Shown here: piece by piece, positions 1 through 14,949 of the stretch | Layout of the letters: each line of letters begins with the position of its first letter | Position numbering within the stretch: position 1 is the first letter of the stretch | Source of the DNA: Lama glama | Lineage: Eukaryota | Direction: 5' to 3' | Length of the DNA stretch: 64,000 nucleotides | NCBI GenBank assembly: GCA_028534125.1 | Contig: CM052816.1 | Coordinates: 62,188,001 to 62,252,000, forward strand | Position numbers and translations under genes: made by a program | The notes under the pieces: generated by a model | What the model was told of the DNA's origin: nothing | Databases searched by the model: none | Seen by the model: only the letters and a program-made list of their open reading frames with translations

Positions 1-471
1 TTCTTGGGTAAGTCTGGTCATGGAAGCTCTATTTCCAGAACTACTTGCCCCGACCGTTCCGGCTCAGTTTCTGAAGAGCAAGAACATATTTGGAGAGCTA
101 CCAGGCCACTCCCAGGTCACTAGAGTAATGCTGGGAACTCATGCATAGAACGTTCCCCTCTACTATAGCTAGATGTGGATTTAAAGTTGCCTGGGGATAA
201 AGGCCAAAGGTAGGTTATGTTAGGCAAACCGTACACCTCCCGCCGGCCCCTGAACAGCTCGGGGAGCCTGATGGGAAGACCTGCCACAGCCTCAGCGCTG
301 GAACCTTCGTCCCCTCCGCAGCGCCCCGTGCGCTCTATTTGGATTTGTTTGCTACTGTCTCCCCACAAAGCAGCACCCTCACCTACCCAACCCCTCCCTC
401 CCTGGTGAGCGAGCCGGTCCACCGTAGCCTTTCGTATCTGCCATTCTCCAAGGATGTAGAGGCACGACCTA

Positions 472-1029
<558 letters not shown>

Positions 1030-2530
1030 TCAGCTTGAAGGAGAGCTGGGGAAGCGCTGGCTGTGCCGTGCAGCATCGCTTCCACTAGCAGCGAGGAAGG
1101 GGCTCGGTCAAGTTCCGATCAGCAGCACTGCCGGCCCTGTCCCGGGAGCTGGGCGCTGGCGCGGGCTCGCACCGCCTTCCGCTCGGCATGGACTGCAAGG
1201 CTGGGGGAGAAGGAACGCGCCGCCCGGCGGTTCCGAGTTCCCATTCAGATGGGAGAGCAGCTTTCACAGCCTGCGCTGCCAGATAGGGGAGCCAGGCGGA
1301 GAGTGTCGCTCTAGCTTCGGTGTCTTCCCGCAGCGGCGCTAGGTTCGTCTGTCCCCTCCCTCCCCAGTCACCAGGTCTCGAAGCGCTGGCGGTCCCCGAA
1401 GCCGGCAATTGGATCTAATCGGCTGTCTTGATCCCTCGTCTCCACGGGCTTGTCTGTTTGAGGATCCCAAATGAATCCGTGGCGGGACTGGCAGACGCAG
1501 GGAGTCGGTCCGGCTGACGTGGTTCGCGGCCCCGCACATTGATAGGACAGGAATACTAATGTGATCCATCCATACAACCCCCTTCCCCCTCCACAGTTTA
1601 TGCACTTATCCAATCACATCCCCAGGAACATCAATTGCAATATTACTTCATCGGCTCTATTATTAGAAATGAAAAGTGTCATCAGAGTGGAGCACATTGC
1701 CACATGCTAGGACCTAAACACGAATTGCAGATCAACCCGTGTGGATTTGAGGCTCTCACCTGGGGCCACAGATTAGCAAAGCCCAAAGAGAAGGGAGTGA
1801 CATTTTGGCCGTAGAAGGAAAATCTCTTAGTAACAGTTTTAAAAAATAGCTTTCTTCCCCTGGGTTTTGTTGTGGTGGTTGCTTTGGTTTTTTGTCTTGG
1901 TTCAGCGTGTGCAGGGAGGGAAACGGCAGACAGTGGGGCAGAATGCACGCAGGAGGCCTTCAGTCAAACTGGTCCTCACCTCATCCCGTCTTCACTAGCA
2001 AAGCTCCTGGTTTTCCAGGCCAGAGTCTCAGGACCCCAGCTCTGAGAGTTTCCCAGCAGAGATTTGAAAAAGTAAGAGCCAGCAGGCCTCCCTGGGCACT
2101 CAGAGTGACTGGTCTCCTTTATGGGACATCAGTGACCCAGAGGCCAATGGAGGTGGCCCAGGAAGTTGGGGAGCATGACTGCATGAAAGCGGGCCCTGCG
2201 GTGAGTTCCTGGGCCGTTTAAATTCACCCTCACCACTGACATCCCAAGGATCTTCTGGGAGGAAGAGAGACAGAGGGAGCATTCAACTCTAGTGTGCTGA
2301 GATGCTTGTTCCCATGAATGGTTTGTTTGGAGGGGACAGACAAAGAGGTCTGCCCAGGGGAACTAATTATGTGCAGAGAAGCCTAAGGGAGAGCAAAAGG
2401 GAGGTTTCTGGTCAATCTCTTAAAGGAATATGGAGGGTCCACAGAGAGGGAGAGCCAGAAATAGCCAGGAAGGCTAACAGCCTAAGGAGATATTGCTAGA
2501 AAATTTTTACAAGGCAGGTAAACATGATGG

Positions 2531-3195
2531 GGTGGTACAATAAGAAAGGTATTCAGTCTTTGTCCCCAGCTCCTGGCAGAGATCTCCTAAAACCCTGGTA
2601 ATTTTCTTAGTGACAAGGGGGATAGGAACTCCCTGTCTCCAGAAAGACCAAGCCTTGATTGGACATTTGGAACTTTCATCCAACTTCCCCAGAGGGGAGA
2701 GGGGCTGGAAATTGATTTACTCAATCAATCTGATACCTGATTTAAATAGCCAATAGTTTAATCAATCATGCCTACATAATAAAACCTCCACTAAAACCCC
2801 TCAGTGGTGGGGTTTGGGGATCTGGGTTTCGGAAGACAGGGAGTTACTGGGAGGGTGGGCCTGCTCAGAGAGGGCGTGGCAGCTCTGCCTCTCCCCGCCC
2901 CCACCTTACCCTATGCATCTCTTCCTGCGTTGTATTCTTTGTAAAAAACTGGTAAGTAAACTAAGTTCTGTGAGTCATTCTCCCAAATTATCGAACCTGA
3001 GGGGAGTTTTTGGGAAACTGCATTTGTAGCCAAGTTGGACAGAAGTGTGGGTAACCCTGGGACCTGATCCTTGTGTTGGTCTCTGTAGGGAGGGCAGAAC
3101 TGTGAGACTGAGCCCTTAAACCGGTGGGGTCTGCCTCTAACCCAGGGTATTGAATTTTAGGACACTCAGTTGGTGTTGGAGAGTTGAAGCAGTGT
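2531..3195. mobile_element. LTR remnant, MER21-like
   Basis: Start 'aataagaaaggtattcagtctttgtccccagctcctggcagagatctcctaaaacc' and end 'gactgagcccttaaaccggtggggtctg...ggacactcagttggtg' resemble the MER21 consensus as I recall it. Confidence 0.7.
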
Positions 3196-4915
3196 TGAAA
3201 AAGATATCTTGTATTTGGTCGGGGAGGGAAAAACCTTAACAGGTGAATATCTGGAGAATCAGCTGCATTTGCATAGTACTTCACTCAAGATTGAGAGTCA
3301 GTTTTCCCTAAGGAAGGGTGGGGGAGGGAGGCATCAGCCCCCACCCCATTCCTCAGGGTGTGCTCCTGCCCTCCAGGTGTTCAGGTGGTCCAGAGACCAG
3401 GGTCAAGGGCTCTTCTGTTGGCTGAGTCTCCCCAAATGTAGGACAATAAAGCCAGCTCTCTATTTCTCTTTCCCTCAGGCCTAATTTTCTCCCTACTTGA
3501 TGTGTTTAGGGAGGAGAGGTTGAGGCACACATCAGGTGATTTGGTGAAATTTTCTGGGATTTGGTGAGTGTTTGGGATGCTGAGGGAAAATACAGGGAGA
3601 CTAAGGGGAGGGGCTTTAAGGAAGGATGGATAATACTCATTTGTAAATTAGGTCTTATGATATAGACCCTTTTTGTTAACACTAACTACTATCAAACTTA
3701 AAGAAAAGTCTGCTCCAACCCAAGGGTGGAGGTGCTTTGGAGAATTAAAGGAAAGGGGACTGCATTTTACATATGTGTGGACCTACGACAGAGAAAACAG
3801 GACATTGGTAATCATTTGCCACCACTCTGCTATTTCATCCCATTTCCCTGCAGGGAAATACTGGCTGCCACCCGATTTGAGCATCTCCAAACTCCTCAGG
3901 AGTGGGCTTCTACTCCAGCTACAACCATCTGGTTTCTACTCCCCCCTTCTTCTGCCTAGAGACAATTTCAACAAATTAAAAGGAAAAAAAAAAAGGCAAC
4001 ACAATTGCACAGCCCTGTTTCTATGCCACATTTCTTGCAGGAGGTAGGGTGAGGGTCAAACTGAATGGCACATCGGAAGGACTACAGATTTGGGAAACTG
4101 CTGAGGGATTAGGCAGAAATTGTCATTTGCTGGTGCCCCTTGGCCTTCCCCAATACACAGCCCAAGCCATTTTCCTGAGAAGGATGAAAAATAGCATGGA
4201 TCCCAGAGCTGTCTCTCCCAGGGACAAATGCTGTAATCAGAATAGCAGCAGGCAGGCGCAGTTCCCTCACCTTCCCCCACATTCGAAACAGTGTGAATTT
4301 ACATCCCCGGGGCTGTCTGACTGCCAGATAGAAGGGTGAAGTGCAGTTGGAAACCCCAGCCACAAGGATACATTTTCCGGTTATCCAGCCCCAATTTTGG
4401 CACAGTTCTGTAATGGGTCCTGTACAGTTATACAGCTTGGACCCAACTCACATCCTAGATTCACTCCAATATACGCTGCACCTTCAGTTTCATGTCCTCA
4501 TTATGGTAATTTTAGAGGATTTGTTTTGATTTAGGTTTTTAAAAAATGAATATTAGTTTAGAGCGCATATGAAAAACTGGTAAATTTCTTCTAATTAGCG
4601 CTATCAGAACCACAGTGGGACCCAGAGATGCATATCTCAAACGGGGCTGGACAAAATCAACAAGGACCTCACCTGTGTGGGTCAGTGACAGAGGCACAGA
4701 AAAACACATGAAGTTGCTGAATTCTGAGAAGTTAGAAAGATCTGAAAGGAATGATCAAGTTATATTCTGTTAGTGTTGGAAAACATTAAGTTACTGTGAA
4801 GAATTTAGTGAATAAACTACTTAATAATCTAACTAAAAAAAGGAAAAAGTACAATATATTGGGAACACTTATTTGTTAATTTCACAAATGTTTTTGAGTG
4901 TTTCTTATTAGGAAC

Positions 4916-5080
4916 AGTTCCAGGTTTTGTCAGTCCTAAAGCTTATATAATTGAGAGCCCTTCTTTAAGAAAAAGAATCCAAAATTTAAATACAAAATTA
5001 AGTACATGGTCTTGGAAGGAGCCTATGCAATGAGGTTCCCTGAAGTCAGGCTTCATTACCTTCATGGTAAACCCCCACAT
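4916..5080. mobile_element. hAT-type MITE, MER53-like
   Basis: 'ccttctttaagaaaaagaatccaaaatt...ggaaggagcc...cctgaagtcaggcttcattaccttcatggtaaac' resembles the recalled MER53 consensus. Confidence 0.6.
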
Positions 5081-5743
5081 TTGGTGTTTGTTATATGCAC
5101 ACGCACAGTGGGCATCTGGTGCTTTGCCGCCTCTGATTTTATTTTCCTTTTTCTGATAATAGCACCTTAAATTTCTTTTGAGAAGCCAGTCTTTTCTCAC
5201 TTTTGGTCACATGGCTCAGGGGTGAGCATATGACTCAGACCTGGTCAATAAAGTATTCCATTCTAGAGGCCACGGTGATTGGTTTCATGATGGGTATGAG
5301 ATGTAAGATGAACTAAGGAACTTTAGGTCTTAGGAACTTTTCTGGAACTATTATGTTGAAACATACAAAATTGCCATTACTCAACTATTTTGACCTACAT
5401 AAATGACAATTTTATATATTTCAACCCGATAGTAAGCATTTCTTTCCCTTGGGTTGCTAGGGTAATAAGATGATGAAAGCCTGGAGTTTCTGGTGGTTAC
5501 CTTGGCCACTCATGACCAACAGACCTCCTGAGAGCCAATCCAGAGGAAATCGGAATGGAGAGATGGAGAAAGATTGATTTTCTGGGTGGGGAGGGTAATT
5601 GATGTTCAATAGTATATCAGTTTCGGGTGTACAGCCTACTGATTCGATATTTGTATACACTGTAATCAGAATAGCAGCAAGCTGGCTTAGTTCCTGTGCC
5701 TTCTCCCACATAGAAATGATTGCCAAAATAAGACTGTGTCTGC

Positions 5744-6229
5744 AGATCTTCCTCAACTTAATGACAATGGGGTAACTTCCCAATAAACCTGCTGTGAGTT
5801 GAAAATATCATGGGAAAATGCATTTAATACAAACATCATGGCTTAGCTTAGCCTACCTTACACATATTGAGAACACTTAGATTAGCCTACAGTTAGGCAA
5901 AATCATCTAACATAAAGCCTGTTTTATAATAAACTGTTGAATATCACATGTAATTTATCAAATACTGTCCTGAAAGTGAAACACAGAATGGTTGTGTGGG
6001 CACAGAATGGTTGTAAGTGTATTGGTTGTTTATCCTTGTGATGGAGTGGCTGACTGGAGCTACGGCTGCCCGGCACCACGAGAGGGTACCATACTGTGTA
6101 TCTGCTAGCCTGGGGAAAGGGCAAAATGCTAAATTCGAAGTATGGTTCCTATTGAATGCTGATCACTTTTACACCATCCTGAAGTTAAGAAATTGTATCT
6201 CAAACCATCCTTAAATTGGGGACCATCTG
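5744..6229. mobile_element. Tigger-family (MER47/Tigger5-like) non-autonomous DNA transposon
   Basis: Imperfect terminal inverted repeats (cagatcttcctcaactta ... ttaaattggggaccatctg) and an internal 'gcttagcctaccttacac...attagcctacagttaggcaaaatcatctaac' typical of MER47. Confidence 0.8.
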
Positions 6230-6239
6230 TAGTTAACAT

Positions 6240-8845
6240 CCATCAATAGACAGAGTTACACAGTAGCTTGTATCTGCCAGTCCCAAACTCCCAATCAATG
6301 CCTCCTTTCCCCCTTCACCCTCTGGTAGCCATAAGTTTATTTTCTATGTCTGTATACAGAGTAGATAAACAATAAGCTCTTACTGTATAGCACAGGGAAC
6401 TATATTCAATGGCTTGTAGTAACCTGTAATGAAAAAGAATATATATGCATATATACGTATAACTGAATCACTATGCTGTGCACCGGAAACTAATACAACA
6501 TTGTAAACTAATACAACATTATAAATTAATAAAACATTGTAAATCAACTTGAATTTAAAAAAAATAGGGAAAAAAACATACATAGTTACAGATTTCTTTT
6601 CTTGTGATGAGAATTTGTAAGATTTATTCTCTTAATGACTTTCAAATATGCAATACAGTATTATTAACTATAGTCTCCATGCTGTATGTTACATCCTCTT
6701 GACTTATTAATTTTATTACTGAAAGTTTGTACCTTGTGGCTCCCTTCATCCATTTCACTCCCTACTCCATCCCCTGCTTCTGGCAACACCCCATCTGTTC
6801 TCTGTATCTGTGAGCTGGTCTTTTTTTTTTTCTTAATATTTTGTATGTAAGTGAGGTTATATGGTATTTGTCTTTTTTTGTTGGACTTATTTTACTTAGC
6901 ATAATGCCCTCAAGGTCCATCCATGTTGTCACAAATTGTAATTTTCATACTTTTTTACAGCTGAAAAACAGTTCTTTGTATATGCACCACAATTTCTTTA
7001 ACCATTCATCTCTTGATGAACACATGTTGTTTCCATGTCTCTGCTACTGTAAATAATGCTGCAATGTACATAGGATTACATATATCTTTTCTACCTGCTG
7101 TTTTTGTTTTCTTCTAATAAATACCCAGAAGTGGAATTGCTGGATCATATGGTAAAAGTTCTATTTTTACCTTTTTGAGGAACCTCCATACTGTTTTCCA
7201 TAGTGGCTGCACCAATTTACTTTTCCACCAATAGTTCACAAAGATTCCTTTTTCTTCACATCTTCACCAATACTAGTTATCTGTTGACCTTTCTATAACA
7301 GCCATTCTGACAGGGTGTGAGGTAATATCTTATTGTGGTTTTGGTTTGCATTTCCCTGATGATTAGTGATGTTGGGCACTTTTTCATGTACTATTGGCTA
7401 TATGGAATTCTTCTTGAAAAAAATCTCTATTCAAGTTTTCTACCCATTTTTAATCAGATTTTAAACATTAATTTATTTTTTACTATTAAGTTTTGTGACT
7501 TTTTTAATATATTTTGAACATCAACTTCTTATCAGATATGTAACTTACAAATATTTTCTCCTATTCAGTAAGTTGCCTTTTTATTTTTGTTGATGGTTTC
7601 CTTTGCCATGCAGAAGGTTTCAGTCTGATGTCATCCCACCTGTTTCTTTTTGGTTTTGTTGCCTTTGCTTTTGGTGTCAAATCCACAAAAAAGTATTGCC
7701 AAGACCAATAACAAGGAGCTTGCTGCCTATGTTTTCTTCTAGGAGTTTTATGGTTTCAGGTCTTATGTTCAAATCTTTGATCAACTTTGCGTTAATTTTT
7801 GAATATGTTGTAAGATAGTGGTCTAGTTTCATTCTTTTGCCTGTTACTGTCCAGTTTTCTCAACAACATTTAATGAGGAGAGACTGTCGTGGTCCCACTG
7901 TGTATTCTTGGCTGTTTTGTTGTAAATTAATTTACTGTATATATGTGGGTTCATTTCTGGGATCTCTATTTCTGTTCCATTGATCTATATGTCTGTTTTC
8001 ATGCCAATACCACACTGTTTTGATTCCTATACCTTTTCAGAGATTTTGAGATCAGGGAGTGTGAAGTCTTCAGCTTTGGTTTTCTTTCTCAAGATTGCTT
8101 TGGCCATTCAAAGTCTTTTATAGTTTCATAAAATTTTAGGATTATTTGTTCTATTTCTGTGAAAAATGTCATTGAAATATTGACAGAGATTGCATTGAAT
8201 CTGTAGACTGCTTTGGGTAGTATGGACATTTTCACAATACTAATACTAATTCTTCCAGTCCATGGTCATGGAAAATCTTTGCATTTATTTGTGTCTCCTT
8301 CAATTTCTTTCATCAGTATTTTATAGTTTTCAGTATTTAGGTCTTTCATGTCCCTGGTTGAATTTATTCCTAGATATTTTATTTTTATTTTTTTGATGCA
8401 GCTGTAGAAAGATTGAATCTTAATGATACATATTTTAAATTATGTAAATATTATTTACTTCTCTTTTATGAATTTAATTCTTATTTTTTTATGTAAGTGT
8501 AGTTGATTTGCAATGTTAGTTTCATGTGTGCAATTCAGCTATACACATACATTTTCAGATTCTTTTCCATTACCGCTCATTACAAGAAATTGAATATAGT
8601 TTCCTATGCTATACAGTAGGTCCTTGTTGTTTATCTATTTTATACATGGTAGTGTGTGTCTGTTAATCTCAAACTTATAATCTATCCCTCCCCCCACCCC
8701 ATTACCCCTGGTAACCACAGTCTATTTTCTATGTTCGGGAGTCTGTTTCTGGTTTGTAAATAAAATTTGTATCTTTTTTTTTTTCGGATTCCACATATAA
8801 GCTACTTCGTATATTTGTCTTTCTCTGTCTGACTTTATTTAAGTT
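6240..8845 (-). mobile_element. LINE-1 cluster: antisense ORF2 3' half and 3'UTR (~6590-8410), a plus-strand 3' tail (~6355-6570) and a second antisense 3' end (~8480-8845)
   Basis: Typical antisense L1 text, e.g. 'cccagaagtggaattgctggatcatatggt' and 'gattgcattgaatctgtagactgctttgggtagtatggacattt'. Confidence 0.9.
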
Positions 8846-11800
8846 AATGATATTATTTCAGCACATGGATTCAGTTTTCCCTGAAGTCAAAATAGACCTG
8901 TAATTTCAGTTCAGTGAACCAGATTCCTTTTAAATTAAGTCACTTTGATTTGAGCTACTACCATTTGCAAACCGAAAGAGTCCTGATTAATATAATACAT
9001 AAAGAATGATTGTGCAAAAGCATAAGATACATCAAATCAATTCATCATCTAGTACTGATTTAGTGTGCACTATGAACACTGTGTTAAAGACTAGATAGAA
9101 TGCAATAAAATTAAAGACATAATTCCTTCTAAAGGACTTAAAGAACAATAAAATATGTATTAGCATTATTTTCTGGTGTATATAAATATTTTAGGAATTT
9201 AGAGATGAGATCAACCTCTCTGTAGGCTGAAGTTTTAGAAAAGATGACATAATAGAGATGCAACCTGAAGTAGGACTGGGTAGAACCTGGAGAGATGAAG
9301 GAGTGGGGAGAGCTCCTCAGGAGATTACTAATAGCAGGGGCAAAGGCTCAAGAGTGGTGTGAATGAAGAGCCTGCCCTGAACTGAAGAGAAGGAAGGGAG
9401 GCTACTGTGCAAGTGGTATGGGTAAGGTCACAAAAGCAGGATAAAAGACTCAGTTCCTTTGGTTTAGGAACAGAAGGAGGACAATAGGCGAAAAGCAGAG
9501 AAAACTTGACAGTTTTCTTTGGGTGGCAATAATGTACATGATTGGAGGCCACACTGGGAAGCAGATTACATGGAAGGACTAACCTGATGTCTACCAGTGA
9601 CCTCCTATACTTTCAAAGGAGTGGACTTGGGTGCTGAGCTCCACTGTTCTGAGGAATCAATGATGCAAATTATGGATAGGGTTGGAACTAATGTTGGCTA
9701 AGCATGGGATGGTTCACATTACTTAGACCTTTTAGAGCCAAACAGAGGAGTTCAATCTTGAGGCTGGGTTAGGAAAGACCTTGGGCAAAAGAGGACCACT
9801 GCCATTTCTTGATTATGTGAGCTAATAAGAGGCAAGTGATGCTTTAGTAAAATTAATTTGGCAGTGATAGGTAGGATGCATTGGAATGAAGAGACAGTGA
9901 TGCCATTTTTTTAGGCTATTAACATAATCCAAGTGGATAAGAAGCCTGAGTGCCAGTAAGAATCAGGCAGAAATTTAGGACTGTTTCAAGATAAGAGCAT
10001 TACCTCACAAAAGGATTGACTAGAAAATAACATGAACTATCCAACCTAAAAAGCAACAGGTATATTTTAATACCTCATGGAAATAACAAAGCCCATTGGC
10101 AATTATCCCTGAAGTTTGCACCTAACTGTGACTCTATAGAGTCATTCCTGCCTTGTATGTACACAGGACATGTACCCATTGGGCAAACTCAAGCCTGCTG
10201 TGTCCATGGACTCTCCTGGGACCCCTTGCTCATTGACTAGACCTCTTTACAGCCAACCAGGGCCCTGGTCTAAATCTAATCTGCATCGTACCAAACTTAG
10301 TCACTGATTGGCCACTGCTTTGCTGGCCCTATTTCCTTTTGCTGGCCCCACCAACCCTGTCTGCAGAGGCCACTCTTTCCAACACAATTTGGTTCTTTTA
10401 AGGACACTCTGGACCAGCCAAGAATGCTGAAACACACACTGGAGGAACACTGCAGTGGACAGGCTGTGTCTGCAGGACCAGTTCCTTAACTGTCCTTTGA
10501 CCCAACTCATTGCTGGCCGGTCCATTCCCTACTTTGCCTCATTCTCTGGTTCCTCTTTGCTCTCTCACTCTGTGTTTCATGCTCTTTCTCCCTCTCTCCC
10601 TGTCTCTCTAATAATCACACAACTAATACAAACATAACTTTTCCTTATTCTAAAAAACTACATTGCGGATAAGGATAAAGTCGTCTTTGTCCACCAGCCT
10701 CAGTCCTCTTCTGTCTCCCAGAAATAATCCTTCTAATCAGTTGCTGTGCAAATCTTCTGTTCTGCAACTGTATACTTACATCTCCCTGAAAAAACATGCA
10801 GTGTTTTACTCTTGTTTATGTGTGTGTATGTTTTTATAGAAATTATATGTTGCATGTCTTTTTCGGACATACCTCTCTTCTTTCTATTCCACATTATGTC
10901 TTTGTAGAGGCTTCTGTATTAGTGCACATCTACTTCAATCTTGTAATTCTGTGTGGTATTCTGGATAACAGCTATATCACAGTTTATGAAACCATTTCTT
11001 AGTTGGGACATTTAGATTATTTCTAATATTTTAACATTATCAATAATGCTGCCATGAAATTCTTAAGCATGCCCTCTTCTTCATATGCAGGTATATTTTT
11101 CATAAGTATATATGAAGATGTGAAATTGCTGGGTCATAGAGTATGTGCAATTACATTTGTAAGAGACACTGACATTTCTTACCAAACTGGTTGTATCAAA
11201 TTACACGCATGTGGGCTATTTATAAAAGTACCCGTTTCCTAGTTTGATATCATTAGACTTTTCAACTTGTGCCAATTTGACTTTCTATCTTGATGCTATA
11301 TTCTTACCTCTCAGCCTTTTCCTCTCTCCTCTCAGGATTTCACTGATTTAGTCTCTCTTAGTGAAGAATCTCTGTAGACTGATACTCTCCAGACTGGTAA
11401 TGATCCCCTCCCCACACTCATGTACTACCCTCCTGCCCAACATGGTCCCAGGACTCCTGCTCACATCAGTAGCCCTGGGTGGGTGCAGCCTATCTCTGAA
11501 AGAGTGGGCTTCCAAGTTGTTTACTGGTAGGGAAAATAAGCAGGGCAGGGATGAAAGAAAACAGTACCAGATGAATTCAAATTTCCTCCTCTGAGAAGTT
11601 ATAAAATGGAGCTCTCCCTGATAGAACTGGACAATTGAAAAATATTAGGGCTGATGATGTATGCTGAGAAGTTAGAAGGAAAATGTGGTCAAGAAAGCGT
11701 CAAGAATGGATGTGTTTTCAGGAAGGAGCAAGGGTAGAAAGGGAAAAAGGCAGAGGGATGGTTAAGTCCCAAGACATGTTGGCAGGTGAGAGGTGGGATA

Positions 11801-14800
11801 CAGGAAAGTGTCAGCAGAGCAATGGAGAAGGGATTGCCAGGAAGACAGAGGAAGAAACCACTGAATGCAGCGTCGTTGAGCAAAGGGCAGAGTCACTTTC
11901 AAGGAGTGACCTGTCTGTTGTCCCAAAGGTATCAAGCTGGGAAGGGATTTAGAAAACTACGTTTTAGCAAGAGGAGGTCATTGTGGAAAGTTGTGTACAT
12001 TGAATGAATGGAAGGAGCAAAATGCAAATTGTAAGTGAGCAATGAGGACAAGAAGTGGGAGAAGCAGGTGGGGACCCTAAGTCAGAGGGGAAGGACAGAG
12101 ATAGGACAGTTGTTACAGAATGGTAGGTTCTGATGAGTGTGTGTTTACCTTTTAAAAGATGTATTTGAAAAGAAAAGGAAGAACCAGTGGATAAGCAAAG
12201 ATAGATGTTGCTTTTATAAAAAAGCATAATTATAGAAAAAGGATTGGAGAAGAGAAGAAAGAAGGTAGCCTACCATGCAAATGAATGGAACTCTACTGAT
12301 TTTTTGCAAATGAGGAGTCTGGACAGTCTTTCCAGGAGTCCTCAACAGGAATTCCCGTGTTGCTGAGCTCAGTTTAATACTGAAAATGAAATCCACATTT
12401 AAAGTATCTAGATCCTTAGAACAGGTTAATAAAATGATCTGTTGAATAAATAAAGGGCTGTAAAATAATACCGGTGGCCGGCTTTGAGGATCAAGGCATT
12501 TGAACTCTTGAGTTCTCAATCTAATTACTGAAATTCTGATGCATCAGATGGTGTGAAGGGGTAGTCAGAGTCTCCCACTAGAGAGCCAGCTCAGAACCTG
12601 GCCTGTGTTTTTCCTCCAAGGTTGGTTCTGGAAGAAGATTCTTCAATTCCTCTCAATTACCTGTTCGAGCAACCAACAAACTTTGCAGTCAGGACATTGG
12701 TCATTATGTATATTCTAAATTTCTTCCTGGAGCAATTTAATTCCATTTCTTTAGTGAATAGAAGAAATACACAGCATTTGGTGCCAGACTTGAAGTACGA
12801 TGGATGAGTTAAAATAAAAACTGGCTTTTCAAAGTGATGATGTAGCTATGTCTGTTAAGCTCTGACAAAAATGGGGAGAGAATTAGGTTGGGAGAGTGCA
12901 TCTTAACTCTAAGGCATGGAAGGTCTAGGGTCTTTCCCTGGGGGAACTGGGGAATAAGAGGGTGCTTCCAGGGTGGTTGAGGTGGAAGTTTCACATCAGA
13001 CTAGGATGGATTCCAGCCCCTACTGTCTGGCTCATTCTGCCCGCTGTCCATTTCTTTGCAAGTTGGAAGGACGTATCCGATGTCTCTGTTTTGTTAGTCT
13101 GGCAGGAGGAGAGGGTGTGTGACTTCCAGTTTGGCAGCAAATGCAGCCGCAGTACCTCTGGCTTGTTCAAAACTGCCAGTGCACAGTCCATCACTAGCTC
13201 TACTGATCTGCTGCACGATCATGGGTAAAATGAGGCCACTAGCCTCTTTATGGTGACCCTTACATCCTTAAAGAGTCCTGTCAAGTCACCTGTCAGGTTT
13301 TTTCCTTCCAGGCAAAAATAATTTAGTTCCTGTATCCTCCCCTCAAAGATGTACACAAACATGTTTAAAATTTCAAAATAATTGAAATTAACTTCTATAA
13401 TAAGGGCTCCAATAATAACTCGATTAAAGTAAAAGCAATTTTATTATACCTTCATATTATACCTAATTCATTAAGGTGTTAACTATTACTTTTAAATAGA
13501 AATGACTACATTAATAATATATGTTGACTTTGTGATCCAAATGACAGATATGAAATAATTCTCACCTTATATGACAATATTAGTAAGAGAAAATATATAA
13601 CATAGACATTTAGATCAAGACTGAAAAGAGACATAAAATAGATAAGACAAGAAATAAAGGTTGATTTATGTAGGAATTTCAAAAAGAAAGGCCTTGTTTT
13701 CTTGCTTGACTATATTTTTTTGTGGATTAAAGGAGCTAATGACTCCTTTCTTTTTATAAATCACATCTTTCTTGTTACACTGTAGTTATAACTGTAATGA
13801 AAATTGCCAGAAAGTTCTTAGATCAGTAGACTGGGCAGGACTCCACACTTGGAGGAAATGTCTCAAATCTGGCACAGTCAAGAATACGGTGAGGAGTAAG
13901 AAACTAATATTGAATGATTAATAGATGATCCTTCATTACAAAACTAAAAGACAACAGAGCACTTCAGTTCTATACAATAAGTTCAGATCATCATCAACAA
14001 AACCTTCTTGAATGCCTGGTGTTTTTAGGGCACTAGGCTATGGAATAGGGAGTCTGAGAAGTTAGGTGATACCCTTTCCACTTTCAGAGCCATGCAGATA
14101 CACATCGATCAAAGATAGCAAATGCTAAATGTTAAAACTCATGCCTGACTGTGAGGCATTCTGGGAAGTTGGTAGTACAGGTAGAAAAGGGGAAGAAGAG
14201 AGTCTGGAAACGGGAGAACTGATCCTCAGTAGCGAACTAACTATCTATTACATAGTGTCCAAAGAGATGGGGCGAAATTGTTCCCTTCACAGTGTTCATG
14301 GAGGTCTACCTTAGTGGAGATTTTTGTGGTGTTCACAAACATGACTGATGTACCTACTACGGGCCAGTTGCTGGGCATGCAAAGACAAACAAGGCAAATC
14401 CCTGCCAAAGAGAAACTTACAGTAACAGAAGTAAAAATGATAAGTAATATGCAGGGTGGTAGAACCATCTGTGAAGGAAGTCTGCTGCTAGTGAGTCTCC
14501 CCGCAGACAGGGAACCTGGCAGCAAGCTGACAAGAGCCCAAAAAATTGGGGGTTGGTGACACAGAGAAGTGGGTTGAGATACAGAGCTGGAGTTCCATTT
14601 CCAGAAGGAACTGGAGAGCTGAAGAAAAGTATGAAGCAGAAGATCAGTGATATGGACCACGTCAACACTCTTGAGCAGAGAAAGGCTGTAATCCGATGAC
14701 CATATGGGTATACAGACTCATCCACGCCAGTTATCTGGACTTTGCCAACAAGACTGATTTTTAGATCTGGAGATTTCTAGTGCACCACCTGCCTCAGAGG

Positions 14801-14949
14801 AGTGTCGTGGGATCTGGGAGTAGAGCTGAGCTGGCTTGTGACACACACAGGGACTTACCTGACTACAGCTGAGGAAGTGGGAAGGTTCATGTTTTATTAC
14901 TAAAAGAGTAAAAGCCAGACTGCCCATAGAGGAAGGAGCAAGTACACCG

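Noticed and set aside
3757..3810. 'LHFTYVW' as the missing LHFNDVY exon
   Set aside because: The match is short, with no following EPVGG-like motif and no fitting phase-2 donor; probably chance.
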